A stretch of 64,000 nucleotides of DNA, taken from positions 43,144 to 107,143 of the forward strand of contig CAWGUV010000010.1 in NCBI GenBank assembly GCA_963825775.1, in the 5' to 3' direction. This DNA is from an uncultured Thermoleophilaceae bacterium (GTDB lineage Bacteria > Actinomycetota > Thermoleophilia > Solirubrobacterales > Thermoleophilaceae). The position numbers and the translations under genes are program-made. A model generated the notes under the pieces. It was not told the DNA's origin. It worked only from the letters and a program-made list of their open reading frames with translations, and made no database searches. Of the stretch, positions 32,113 to 40,913 are shown one piece after another (the first letter of the stretch is position 1; each line of letters begins with the position of its first letter).

Positions 32113-32541
32113 TCAGCGGGCTGCTTCGAAGCGCTCTATCTGGCGAGCGGCCTCGGGGTCAAGGGCGATCGCCCTTCGTCGCGCACGGACCGCGACGGGG
32201 TCCCGCGGACTCTTCGACATCGAGTACATCAGCACCCACGCGTCCACGTTGTCGGGCTCGGCGCGCAGCACCTCTCCGAGCAGCCGCGCGGACCGCTCCG
32301 GTCGCGCGAACACCAGGATGCCGGCCTCGCGCAGCTTGAGCTGAGCATCGGGCCCGAACCGGCGCGCATCGCGAAAGGTCCCGCTGGCGCGATTCACGTC
32401 CGACGGCAGCCCGCCGTCCTTCAGCGCCTGCCCCATCTCGGTGAGGGCGTCGGCCTCCCGCTCCACCGACCGCAGGTTCCCGGCGAGCCAGAGACCCACG
32501 AGCAGCGCGCCCACGGCAAGCAGCAGCCTCGTCGCCATCAC
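32113..32541 (-). CDS. Hypothetical membrane-anchored helical (TPR-like) protein
   Basis: 142 aa with an N-terminal TM MMATRLLLAVGALLVGLWLAG followed by a helical repeat-like sequence. No family recognised. Confidence 0.45.
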   Translation of the reverse strand: MMATRLLLAVGALLVGLWLAGNLRSVEREADALTEMGQALKDGGLPSDVNRASGTFRDARRFGPDAQLKLREAGILVFARPERSARLLGEVLRAEPDNVDAWVLMYSMSKSPRDPVAVRARRRAIALDPEAARQIERFEAAR

Positions 32542-32577
32542 CGGGGCAGTGTAGGAGCGCCGTTACGCTCCCGCCGC

Positions 32578-34066
32578 ATGACCGCCCGGGTCCGCCTCCT
32601 CGCCGCGGCAATCCTGATCGCGGGTCCCACGGCCCTCGCGTTCTTCTCCGGCGGCTTCTTCGACCGGCCGCGGCTGGTAGCTGCCATCGTCGCGTGGGCG
32701 CTGGTGGTCGTTGCCGCGCTCGTGGCGCCCGCCCCGCTGCCGCGAACCCGGCCCGCGGTGGTGGCCCTGGCCGGGCTGGCGCTGCTCACGGCATGGACGG
32801 GCCTGTCGTATGAGTGGGCGCCGCTCGGCGGCCGCGCTCAGGACGACGTGCAGCGGCTGCTGCTCTACCTCGGGTTCTTCGCGGCCTCGCTCGCGTTCGT
32901 GCGCGAACCGCTGGCGCGCAGGGCGGTCGAGCCCGGTGTGGCGCTCGGGGCGTTCGTCGTCACGGCCTACGGGCTGTCGGGCCGCCTGCTGCCCGGGGTG
33001 GCCGACCTCGACCGCAGCGTCTCGGCCGACGGCCGGCTCGAGCAGCCGCTCACCTACTGGAACGCGATGGGCTGCCTCGCGGCGATCGGGCTGGTGGTGT
33101 GCCTCCGGATCGCCGCCGACGGCCGCCGCCACCACGCGCTGCGAGCCGCGGCCGCATTCGCCGGCCCGACGCTCGCCCTGGGCGTGTACCTCAGCTTCTC
33201 GCGCGCGGCACTGCTGGCGCTCGCGGCCGGCGTGGTGCTGCTGGTGGCGCTGGCGCCGTCAGCGCGAGACCAGCTCCGGGCAGGCGGGGTGATCGTGGGA
33301 GCGGGACTGGTGGCCGGGCTCGTCGCGAGCCGGCTGTCGCGCGTGGAGACGCTCGCCCCGGCCCAGGGCGCCGAGAGCGGCCAGGGGCTGGTGATGCTGG
33401 CGGTGCTCCTCCTGCTCGGTGCCGCGGCGGCCCTTGCCGTCACGCGCGCTCCGTGCCTCGGCCGAGCGTTCCGCCACACCCATTGCCCGGCGCCGCGCCG
33501 TGGCGATCGGGCTCGTGGGCGTCGTGCTCGCGGCCACGGCGGCCGCGGCGCTGATCGAGCGCAACCCCTCCCCCAGCTCGGGCGCCCGCGCGACCGACCC
33601 TTCGCGCTTCACCTCCTCCGACAGCACCCGCTACGACTACTGGGAGGTGGCGCTCGACGCCTTCGCGGAGGATCCGCTCAAAGGCACCGGCAGCGGGGGC
33701 TTCGCGGTCGAGTGGCGTCGGCAGCCCGAGCGCACCGAGCGCGCGGTGGACGCGCACTCCCTCTACCTCGAGACGCTGTCGGAGCTGGGACTGCCCGGAG
33801 CGGCATTCCTGCTCCTGTTCCTGGGTGGGGTCGCGGTATGCGCCGCGCGGCTCCATGGCCGCGATGCCGCGGCCGCCGCGGGGCCCGCGGCGGGCCTGCT
33901 CGTCTGGGCCGTGCACGCGGGCCTCGACTGGGACTGGGAGATGCCGGCGCTCACGGGCTTCGCCCTGCTTCTGGCGGCCGCCCTCGTCAGCTGGGAGGAC
34001 GACGCGGCTGGCGGCACACCGCCACCACGTCGAGCGCCGACCCCAGGTCCTCCGAAGCCAGCGTGA
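32578..34066 (+). pseudogene. O-antigen ligase/polymerase-like (Wzy_C/WaaL domain) membrane protein; one frame break near nt 33400-33450
   Basis: The polytopic N-part contains GRLEQPLTYWNAMGCLAAIG and GVYLSFSRAALLALAAGVVLLV (Wzy_C core). It continues in ORF 33419..34066 with YDYWEVALDAFAEDPLKGTGSGGF...AHSLYLETLSELGLPG. Confidence 0.75.
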
Positions 34067-34763
34067 AGTCCTCCGGCCCGATGGCGGCGGCCTCGGGGTG
34101 CGCGCCCGCGCGCTCGCGGCTCAGCCGCGTGTCGTACAGCCACTGCCGGGCTCGGCGGGGCACGAGCCGCCTCAGCTTCAGGGGGTCCACGCGCAGCAGG
34201 CGGTCGAGCTTCGCGTGTTCGGCCGCCACCAGGGCGCGGTAGCGCTCGGATCCGAACAGCCCGGCCGACTCGACCGAGCCGAAGGAGCCGCGGCACAGCT
34301 CCGCGAGCTGCCCGCTGTCGAGCTCCACGTGGTGATAGGGGTCGATGATCTCGTCGGGGCGCGCGAACGTGAGGCGGTTCGGGGTCACCAGCACCGCGGT
34401 CCCGCCCGGCTCGAGCACCCGCGCGATCTCGGCCAGGGCGCGCTCGGGGTCCGGCACGTGCTCGATCGAGTGGACCGAGAGCGCGCCGGCGAAGGAGGCG
34501 TCCGCGAACGGCAACTCGCGCATGTCGGCGACCACCGTCTCCCTCGCCTGGCCCTCGAGCGCGCCGGGATCCACGTCCACGCCGACGGTCTCGCGCGGCT
34601 CGAGCAGCCGGTAGCTGTGCCCCACCCCGCAGCCCACGTCCACGATCCGGCCCTGGGGCAGGAAGCGCGCGGTGAGGGAGTACGCGGCCACATGGCGCTG
34701 CCACGTGGGGTTGAAGCCGCCCTCGGCCGTCACCACCCGCTCGCCGGTGACCGACGGGGTCAC
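33987..34763 (-). CDS. Class I SAM-dependent methyltransferase
   Basis: From GTG 34763 (GTGA overlap with the upstream stop). Motifs: motif I IVDVGCGVGHS, FAGALSVHSIEHVPDP and LEPGGTAVLVTPN. Confidence 0.8.
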   Translation of the reverse strand: MTPSVTGERVVTAEGGFNPTWQRHVAAYSLTARFLPQGRIVDVGCGVGHSYRLLEPRETVGVDVDPGALEGQARETVVADMRELPFADASFAGALSVHSIEHVPDPERALAEIARVLEPGGTAVLVTPNRLTFARPDEIIDPYHHVELDSGQLAELCRGSFGSVESAGLFGSERYRALVAAEHAKLDRLLRVDPLKLRRLVPRRARQWLYDTRLSRERAGAHPEAAAIGPEDFTLASEDLGSALDVVAVCRQPRRPPS

Positions 34764-35533
34764 TGGTCTTCGATCGGCGCCGCCGGCGAGCGGAACTTCG
34801 GCGACCGCAGGATGCCCGACCGATGCAGGATCAGCCGCAGGCCCGTCGACAGGGTCTTCAGCCCGTACACGGTGCCGCTCCGGAGCCCCACCGACGACGC
34901 CTCCTCGAAGTAGCGCCCGCTGGCCGGCACCTCCTTGATCCGCATGCCGAAGTGAGCCGCCTGCATCAGCAGCTCGGAGTCGAAGCTGAAGTCGGCGGAG
35001 TTGCGAAGGAACGGGACCGTGAGCAGCAGGCGGCGGGAGTAGGCGCGGTAGCCCGTGTGCGCCTCGGACAGCTGAGTGCCCATGATCCGGTTCTCGACGG
35101 CGGTCAGCGCGCGGTTCACCACGTACTTCCACCGCGGCATGCCGTTGGCCAGCGCCATCCCCGGCACCGCCAGCCGGGAGCCGAGCACCAGATCTGCCTC
35201 GTCCCTGAGGATGGGCTCCACCATGCGACCGATCAGGGCCGGGTCGTACTGGCCGTCGGGGTGCAGCATCACCACGGCGTCGGCGTCGCGCTGCAGGGCC
35301 TCGAGGTAACACGTCTTCTGGTTCGCGCCGTAACCCGCGTTGTGGGGATGCCACACCAGCTGGAGCGGCAGTCGGCGCGCGAGCGCGACCGTGTCGTCGC
35401 TGGACGCGTCGTCCACGAGCAGCACCTCGTCGACCCACTCCATCGGGATGCCCTGAACGGTGGCCTCGAGCGTGCGCCCCGCGTTCATCGCGGGCATCAC
35501 CACGATCACCTTGCCCGGGGGCCGGTCAGTCAT
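34760..35533 (-). CDS. GT2 polyprenyl-phosphate glycosyltransferase (GtrB/DPM1-like)
   Basis: 257 aa: VIVVMPAMNAGRTLE...VLLVDDASSDDT...HNAGYGANQKT...LHPDGQYDP...GYRAYSRRLL. Confidence 0.85.
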   Translation of the reverse strand: MTDRPPGKVIVVMPAMNAGRTLEATVQGIPMEWVDEVLLVDDASSDDTVALARRLPLQLVWHPHNAGYGANQKTCYLEALQRDADAVVMLHPDGQYDPALIGRMVEPILRDEADLVLGSRLAVPGMALANGMPRWKYVVNRALTAVENRIMGTQLSEAHTGYRAYSRRLLLTVPFLRNSADFSFDSELLMQAAHFGMRIKEVPASGRYFEEASSVGLRSGTVYGLKTLSTGLRLILHRSGILRSPKFRSPAAPIEDQ

Positions 35534-36425
35534 GGCGCGCCTCGACGTAGACGGTGCCGGCCCTGCGGGCCGCGATCTCGGCGGCCGTCGCGACGGCGGC
35601 GACGGGGAACAGCACCACGCCCGCGGCCAGCGCCAGCGCCCGGCGGGGCGGGGACATGGGGCTGCTGCGGGCCTCGGGCCGGCGGATCGCGTCGTAGAGA
35701 TCCGGGTGCCCGGGAAGGCTGCCCACCAGCCCGTGCAACCAGCCGAACAGCGCCTGGCCGCCGCGCCAGTGGCTCACCCGCGTGACGCGCAGCCCGTGCT
35801 TGCGCAGGCGGTCGAGCAGCGTGGCGGCGGGCAGATGGACCAGGTGGCGGGGAAGATCGAGGTGAAACCAGCGATCCCCGAAGGCACGCGCCTGCAGGCT
35901 CGATGCGTTGGGCACGGCCACCAGCAGAGCCCCGCCCGGGCGCAGGTGGCCGGCGGCATGCTCGAGCGCCTCGGCCGGACCGGGCAGGTGCTCCAGCGAG
36001 TGCCAGAACACGATGCCCGACCAGTCGCCCTCGACCTCGGTCACGTCCGCGTCGCGCACGTCGGGCCGGCGAGGCTCGGGCTCCAGGCCGAGGGCCTCGC
36101 GACCGTTTGCCGCGAGGGCGTCGAGCAGGGTGCCGTCTCCCGCGCCCACGTCCAGGACTGGCCCGGCGGGAGCAAGCCGGTCGACTCGCGCCGCCAGCCT
36201 GCCGCGTGTGCGGCGCAGGAGCGCGTCGCCGGCGCCGGAGAAGCGGCCGCTCTCGGGCCGGTAGCGCGCGTACGCCTCGCGGAGCGTGGCGGCATCGGGC
36301 CACGGATCGGTGGTGGCGGCTCCACAGGCACTGCAGGCGATCCTCCCACGCAGACGAATAGACGACTCATCGAAGAGCACGCCACACCAGACGCATTTGG
36401 GCGGCGAAACGCCGTCGGAGGACAT
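35526..36425 (-). CDS. Class I SAM-dependent methyltransferase with N-terminal Cys4 zinc-ribbon
   Basis: CVWCG...CSACG is followed by motif I VLDVGAGDGTLL, WHSLEHLPGP and LRPGGALLVAVPN. There is a C-terminal hydrophobic segment. Confidence 0.8.
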   Translation of the reverse strand: MSSDGVSPPKCVWCGVLFDESSIRLRGRIACSACGAATTDPWPDAATLREAYARYRPESGRFSGAGDALLRRTRGRLAARVDRLAPAGPVLDVGAGDGTLLDALAANGREALGLEPEPRRPDVRDADVTEVEGDWSGIVFWHSLEHLPGPAEALEHAAGHLRPGGALLVAVPNASSLQARAFGDRWFHLDLPRHLVHLPAATLLDRLRKHGLRVTRVSHWRGGQALFGWLHGLVGSLPGHPDLYDAIRRPEARSSPMSPPRRALALAAGVVLFPVAAVATAAEIAARRAGTVYVEARHD

Positions 36426-36470
36426 CGCGGCGGCACTATAGGTCCGGCCCGGTCTGCTAGAAGTTCGGGC

Positions 36471-36830
36471 GTGTCTTCGTTCAGGGGTCCCATCGTCGCG
36501 ATCGTCGCGGCTCTCTGTCTCGCCATTCCCGCCTCGGCGTTCGCCCAGAGCGCCGGTGACGACCAGTACGCGGATCCGTTCAACGAGCAGCCGTCCGGCA
36601 ACCAGCCCGTGGGGCAGACCGATGACAGCGACTCCGGTGGCGGTGGCGGCAACACCTCTCCCACACAGGTCGCCGACACCACGTCGACCTCCACGAGCAC
36701 GAGCTCCGCGAATCGCCTCGCCTACACCGGCTTCGACCTGCCGCTGCTGTTCGTGACGGGCGCGGTCATGGCGCTTGCGGGCTTCACCGTCAGGCGTGTC
36801 GTGGCGGGGCCGTACTCCGCCCCACGCTGA
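36471..36830 (+). CDS. Small secreted LAXTG-anchored cell-wall protein, Ser/Thr/Gly/Asp-rich
   Basis: GTG start and signal peptide IVAIVAALCLAIPASAFAQS. The low-complexity region is DDSDSGGGGGNTSPTQVADTTSTSTSTSS. The sorting signal is LAYTG + FDLPLLFVTGAVMALAGFTV + RRVV. Confidence 0.7.
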   Translation: MSSFRGPIVAIVAALCLAIPASAFAQSAGDDQYADPFNEQPSGNQPVGQTDDSDSGGGGGNTSPTQVADTTSTSTSTSSANRLAYTGFDLPLLFVTGAVMALAGFTVRRVVAGPYSAPR

Positions 36831-37846
36831 CCGCCCCCGTAGCCATCAACGCCCGGGCGGCGGTCCGGCCGGAGATCGGCGGCGTCGAGCGCGTCGCCCG
36901 CGAGCTGGTGCAGCGCCTCCCCGCCCTGCGACCCGGCCGCTACCGCGTGGTGGCGCCCAGGGCCTCCCTCACCGGCGCGCGCGGACACGCGTGGGAGCAG
37001 CTCGCACTTCCGGCACTCGCCCGCGGATCGCAGCTCATCCTCTCCCCCGCAAACGTCGCGCCGGTTTCATCCCGGCGAAGCGTGGTGATGATCTACGACC
37101 TCGCCCCGTTCATGGGTGACTGGTACTCCCCCGCGTACGCGCGCTGGCACCGGACGCTGGTCCCCCGCGTGGCACGGCGAGCGCGGTTGGTGCTCACCAC
37201 CTCCGAGCTCGTGCGGCGGCAGCTGTCGGACCTGCTGGACGTGGACCCCGGAAAGATCGCCACGGTCCCGCTGGGCGTGGATGAACGCTTCGGCGAGTCC
37301 CCCGACCGCGAGGCCGTCACGCGGCGCCTTGGCCTCGACCGCCCCTACGTCCTCGCCCTGGGCACCGACCTGCCGCGCAAGAACCTGGCCCTGCTGGACC
37401 GCATCGGGCCCCGGCTCGAGGCGGAGGGCCTGGAGGTTGTGCTGGCCGGATCGACCCGCACCTACATGCCCTCGGGCGACTACCGCGCGCGGCGCCTGGG
37501 CTACGTGTCCGACGACGACCTCCCGGGGCTGTACGCGGGCGCCGCCGCGCTGGCCGTGCCATCCCTCTACGAGGGCTTCGGCCTCGGATGTCTCGAGGCG
37601 ATGGCCGCGGGCGCGCCGGTGGTGGCCGCGGACCGGGGCGCGCTGCCGGAGACCTGCGGGGACGCCGCGCTAATCGCCGACCCCGACGACGAGGACGCCT
37701 TCGCGGAGGCCGTCGTACGAGCGGCCACGCCCGGCTCGGAGCGCGACGGGCTGATCGCACGGGGCAGATCGCGTGCGGCAATCTTCACGTGGACTTGGAC
37801 GGCCGAGCAGGTGGACGCGGCCCTGGAAGGCTTACTGCACGGCTAA
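36827..37846 (+). CDS. GT4 family glycosyltransferase (start uncertain)
   Basis: C-terminal GT-B motif LAVPSLYEGFGLGCLEAMAAGAPVVAADRGALPE. The first canonical start is GTG 36908. However, GT4-like N-terminal sequence (VAINARAAVRPEIGGVERVAREL) is in frame upstream, back to a CTG at 36827 that overlaps the preceding stop (CTGA). Confidence 0.8.
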   Translation: MTAPVAINARAAVRPEIGGVERVARELVQRLPALRPGRYRVVAPRASLTGARGHAWEQLALPALARGSQLILSPANVAPVSSRRSVVMIYDLAPFMGDWYSPAYARWHRTLVPRVARRARLVLTTSELVRRQLSDLLDVDPGKIATVPLGVDERFGESPDREAVTRRLGLDRPYVLALGTDLPRKNLALLDRIGPRLEAEGLEVVLAGSTRTYMPSGDYRARRLGYVSDDDLPGLYAGAAALAVPSLYEGFGLGCLEAMAAGAPVVAADRGALPETCGDAALIADPDDEDAFAEAVVRAATPGSERDGLIARGRSRAAIFTWTWTAEQVDAALEGLLHG

Positions 37847-38988
37847 GGGAGGCAATACGCCCACTTGGGCGACTTGACGCAGCCCTGGGCTCTCAATGCG
37901 CTCTTCCGGAAGGCGTCGAGAGCCGGTTGGATCACGTACTGGGTGCCGGTGCGCGAACGCACCAGACCTGAGAACTCGAAGTTGCTCTGCTTGCGCCCGT
38001 AACGGGTGGACCAGCTGTACCAGTAGATCCTCTGCAGGTTGTAACGGCGCCGGCGCGCGCCGAGCTTGTTGTAGAGCTCGGAGAGCCGCTTGGCCATTCC
38101 GGCCGCCGTCTGCTGCGGCTGGCCCTTGATCCGCTTCGCCCTGCCCTTGGAGGCGGGGAACGCGACCTCGGTCACGTACATCGCGCGGCGCCGGTCGCCC
38201 GCGCGCACCAGCTCCTGTCGCATCCGCCGGACGGCCTCCACCTCGCGCTTCACCGACTGCGGATAGACCTGCAGCGCCGCCACGTCGAAGTGCCCCTTCA
38301 CCTTCCCGAGCTTGTAGGCGCGCCGCAGCTCCAGCCACGCGATGCCCGTCAGGCCCGCGAACACCACGCGCGCGCCCGGGTCCTCGTCCTTGATCACCTT
38401 GCGGGTGCCGCGCAGCAGCCGTCCGTAGCCCTGCGGCCAGCCGTAGCTGCTCTTCTTCGGCGCGTCCCAGTAGGAGCGAAGGCTGGGCTCGTTCCACAGC
38501 TGCCATTGGCGGATCTCGCGGCGGGGGAGGTTGGGGTACTTGTTCCAGAACGTGCCGTCTGGGCCGTAGCGGCGGATGGCGGACCGCACGAAGCGCGAGT
38601 AGTCCCTGGTGCGCTTCGGGGGCGAGTGCGTGCGGCGCTTGTACTTGCGCGCCCAGTACGGCGCGTAGAGCACCTGCGGGAGGATCTCGAGTCCACGCTG
38701 CGTGGCGAGATAGACCTTGATGTCCATCGCCCTGAAGTCCGGCCTCATCTTGCGCCTGGGCTGCATCGTCTCCCACGCGAACAGCAGCCGCACCGACTCG
38801 ACGCCCGACGCCGCCATGAGGTCGAACTGCTCGGTCTGGCGCTCCACCGACTGGTCCGCGAACGGCCCGTCGTATGCGACGCCGAAGAAGCCCTGGGGCA
38901 CCTTGCGCGCAGCGGACGCCTCGCCGGCAAGGGCGAGCATCAGAGCCAGGACCGTCAGGAGCGCGGCGAGGGTACGCACCTTCATCAA
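37843..38988 (-). CDS. Secreted clan GH-A (GH5/GH39-like) glycoside hydrolase-like protein
   Basis: Signal peptide MMKVRTLAALLTVLALMLALAGEASA. Acid/base-type motif WQLWNEP and candidate nucleophile motif MYVTEVAF in a TIM-barrel-length protein (381 aa). Confidence 0.6.
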   Translation of the reverse strand: MMKVRTLAALLTVLALMLALAGEASAARKVPQGFFGVAYDGPFADQSVERQTEQFDLMAASGVESVRLLFAWETMQPRRKMRPDFRAMDIKVYLATQRGLEILPQVLYAPYWARKYKRRTHSPPKRTRDYSRFVRSAIRRYGPDGTFWNKYPNLPRREIRQWQLWNEPSLRSYWDAPKKSSYGWPQGYGRLLRGTRKVIKDEDPGARVVFAGLTGIAWLELRRAYKLGKVKGHFDVAALQVYPQSVKREVEAVRRMRQELVRAGDRRRAMYVTEVAFPASKGRAKRIKGQPQQTAAGMAKRLSELYNKLGARRRRYNLQRIYWYSWSTRYGRKQSNFEFSGLVRSRTGTQYVIQPALDAFRKSALRAQGCVKSPKWAYCLP

Positions 38989-39110
38989 GACAATCCAGGC
39001 TAGTGGGAGTTGCGGCGGGTCGCCCGCTTTCCATCCTGGTGAATCGCGGCTAGTGTGGAGCGGACCGGCTCGGGAGGCTGGTCGTTCCCCCCATGTAAGG
39101 AGAGCAACGC

Positions 39111-40694
39111 ATGCAGAGCCTTCCCTTTTCCCGCCGTGAGTTCGTGGCCGGTGCCGGAACCCTCGGAGCGGTCACGATCTTCTCGCCGCAGGCGCTCGCC
39201 CAGGAGCTGAGCGCGCGGAAGCGCAAGGCGCCGACGCTGCGCGGCGGGCGGTTCAAGGAGGGCATCCTGTCGGGCGACCCGACGCCGAAGAGCATCACGC
39301 TCTGGACCAGGGTCGCGGGCGTCGAGGGCCGCGGCAGCGTGGAGCTCGAGGTGGCGACCGATCGCGGCTTTCGCCGCGTCGTTGCACGCAAGCTGATCCC
39401 CACGTCGGGACGCATCAACCACGCGGTGAAGGCCCGCGTCGCCGGGCTTGACCCCCACGAGCAGTACTACTACCGCTTCTCCACCAAGACGGCCAACAGC
39501 TCGGTGGGTCGCTTCCGCACCGCTCTCCCCGCGGACTCGCGCCAGACCGTGAAGTTCGCGTTCTTCTCCTGCCAGGACTACACGTTCGGCTACTACAACG
39601 CCCACGCCCTGCTCGCCAGGGAGGACGTCGACTTCGTGGTGAACCTCGGCGACTACATCTACGCCGAGGCCTACCACAACGCCGGCAGCGCATCGGGCGG
39701 CGTGCGCACCGACCCGATCGGCGTGGCCAATTCGCTCAAGGACTACCGCGCCAAGTACGAGCTCTACCGCAGCGACAAGAACCTGCGCCGGATGCACGCC
39801 AAGTTCCCGATGATCTCGATCTGGGACGACCACGAGGTGATCGACAACTACGCCGGCGGCGCCCCGGGCAACGGTGAGGTCCCGCCGCTTGCGGAATCGA
39901 TTCAGCGCGCGGCGTACCGCGCGTACTTCGAGAGCATGCCCACCTACGCGGGCCCGCCCCGGAAGGGCACCCGGACCTACCGGGCGATGCGATTTGGCCG
40001 CAACGTGGACCTGGTGCTGCTCGACCAGCGCCAGTACCGAGACGACCAGCCGTGTGGGGACGAGCAGATCGGCCCGCCGTGCCCCGAGCTCGAGCAGCCG
40101 CGCGATTTCCTCGGCCGCAAGCAGATGAGCTTCCTCAAGAAGCGGCTCGACAGCTCGAAGACCGCGTGGAAGCTGATCGCCAGCCAGACGATGGCTATGA
40201 AGACCATCTACCCCGGCGGGCAGTACATCGGGTTCGACGCGTGGCAAGGCTACCCGCGCGAGCGCCGGGAGCTGCTCCAGTTCATCCAGGCCAAGAACAT
40301 CAAGGACGTCGCCTTCCTCACCGGAGACATCCACACGTTCATCGCCGGCGACGTGCGCGTGAACGACAACGACAAGGTGCCGGTCGCGACCGAGTTCGTC
40401 GGCGGCTCGATCACCTCCCAGGGGCTCGGCGAAGGTGGCGGCGGCATCGTCCCGGGTGCCAACCCCCGCAACCCCAAGACCCCCCAGTCGATCATCGATC
40501 TCCTGCGGAGCGCGAACCCGTGGGTCAAGGACGCGGAGTTCGACCACCATGGTTACGCGCTGGTGAGCGCATCGCGCTCGGCGCTGAGCGTGAAGTTTCG
40601 GCGCACGTCGAGCACCAAGCAGCGCGGTGCGGGCAGGCTGCCCGACGCCCCGTTCACCTACCGGCTGAAGCGCGGGCAGAAGAGCTTGCTCTAA
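39111..40694 (+). CDS. phoD: Alkaline phosphatase D (PhoD family), Tat-exported
   Basis: Twin-arginine signal FSRREFVAGAGTLGAVTIF...ALA. PhoD blocks GILSGDPTP, FFSCQDY, NLGDYIYA, WDDHEVIDNY and LTGDIHTF. RBS AAGGAG lies upstream. Confidence 0.9.
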   Translation: MQSLPFSRREFVAGAGTLGAVTIFSPQALAQELSARKRKAPTLRGGRFKEGILSGDPTPKSITLWTRVAGVEGRGSVELEVATDRGFRRVVARKLIPTSGRINHAVKARVAGLDPHEQYYYRFSTKTANSSVGRFRTALPADSRQTVKFAFFSCQDYTFGYYNAHALLAREDVDFVVNLGDYIYAEAYHNAGSASGGVRTDPIGVANSLKDYRAKYELYRSDKNLRRMHAKFPMISIWDDHEVIDNYAGGAPGNGEVPPLAESIQRAAYRAYFESMPTYAGPPRKGTRTYRAMRFGRNVDLVLLDQRQYRDDQPCGDEQIGPPCPELEQPRDFLGRKQMSFLKKRLDSSKTAWKLIASQTMAMKTIYPGGQYIGFDAWQGYPRERRELLQFIQAKNIKDVAFLTGDIHTFIAGDVRVNDNDKVPVATEFVGGSITSQGLGEGGGGIVPGANPRNPKTPQSIIDLLRSANPWVKDAEFDHHGYALVSASRSALSVKFRRTSSTKQRGAGRLPDAPFTYRLKRGQKSLL

Positions 40695-40704
40695 GGGAGG
40701 GCCT

Positions 40705-40732
40705 CAAAGGGGGGAGAACTCTCCCCCCTTTG
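40705..40732 (+). terminator. Perfect 12-bp GC-rich hairpin 11 nt after the phoD stop (intrinsic-terminator-like, weak U tract)
   Basis: caaaggggggag-aact-ctcccccctttg. The arms are exact reverse complements and are followed by caacccc. Confidence 0.55.
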
Positions 40733-40913
40733 CAACCCCCCGAACGGCACCTTCGCTCACGCTCGGCGCCTAGCCCTCCGAGGAGCCTCACCACAGCTTG
40801 CGCCAAAGAGTGAATCGTGGTTCACTTCTTGTATCGCCTACCGCGCGACCCCTAAGACCGAAGCCCGCAAGGCGGCCACCCGCGAGCGCATAGTCACCGC
40901 GGCGCTCGAGCAG

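Noticed and set aside
39036-39060. PHO box upstream of phoD (GGTGAATC, reverse complement GATTCACC)
   Set aside because: There is only one unit resembling the GTTCACC direct repeat. The adjacent 11-mer matches poorly, so the evidence for a PhoP site is insufficient without a matrix scan.
39000-40550. 516-aa minus-strand ORF opposite phoD
   Set aside because: It is a GC-driven shadow ORF. It overlaps the Tat-signal PhoD gene completely, has a repetitive Arg/Gly/Val/Leu/Asp composition, and shows no domain signatures.
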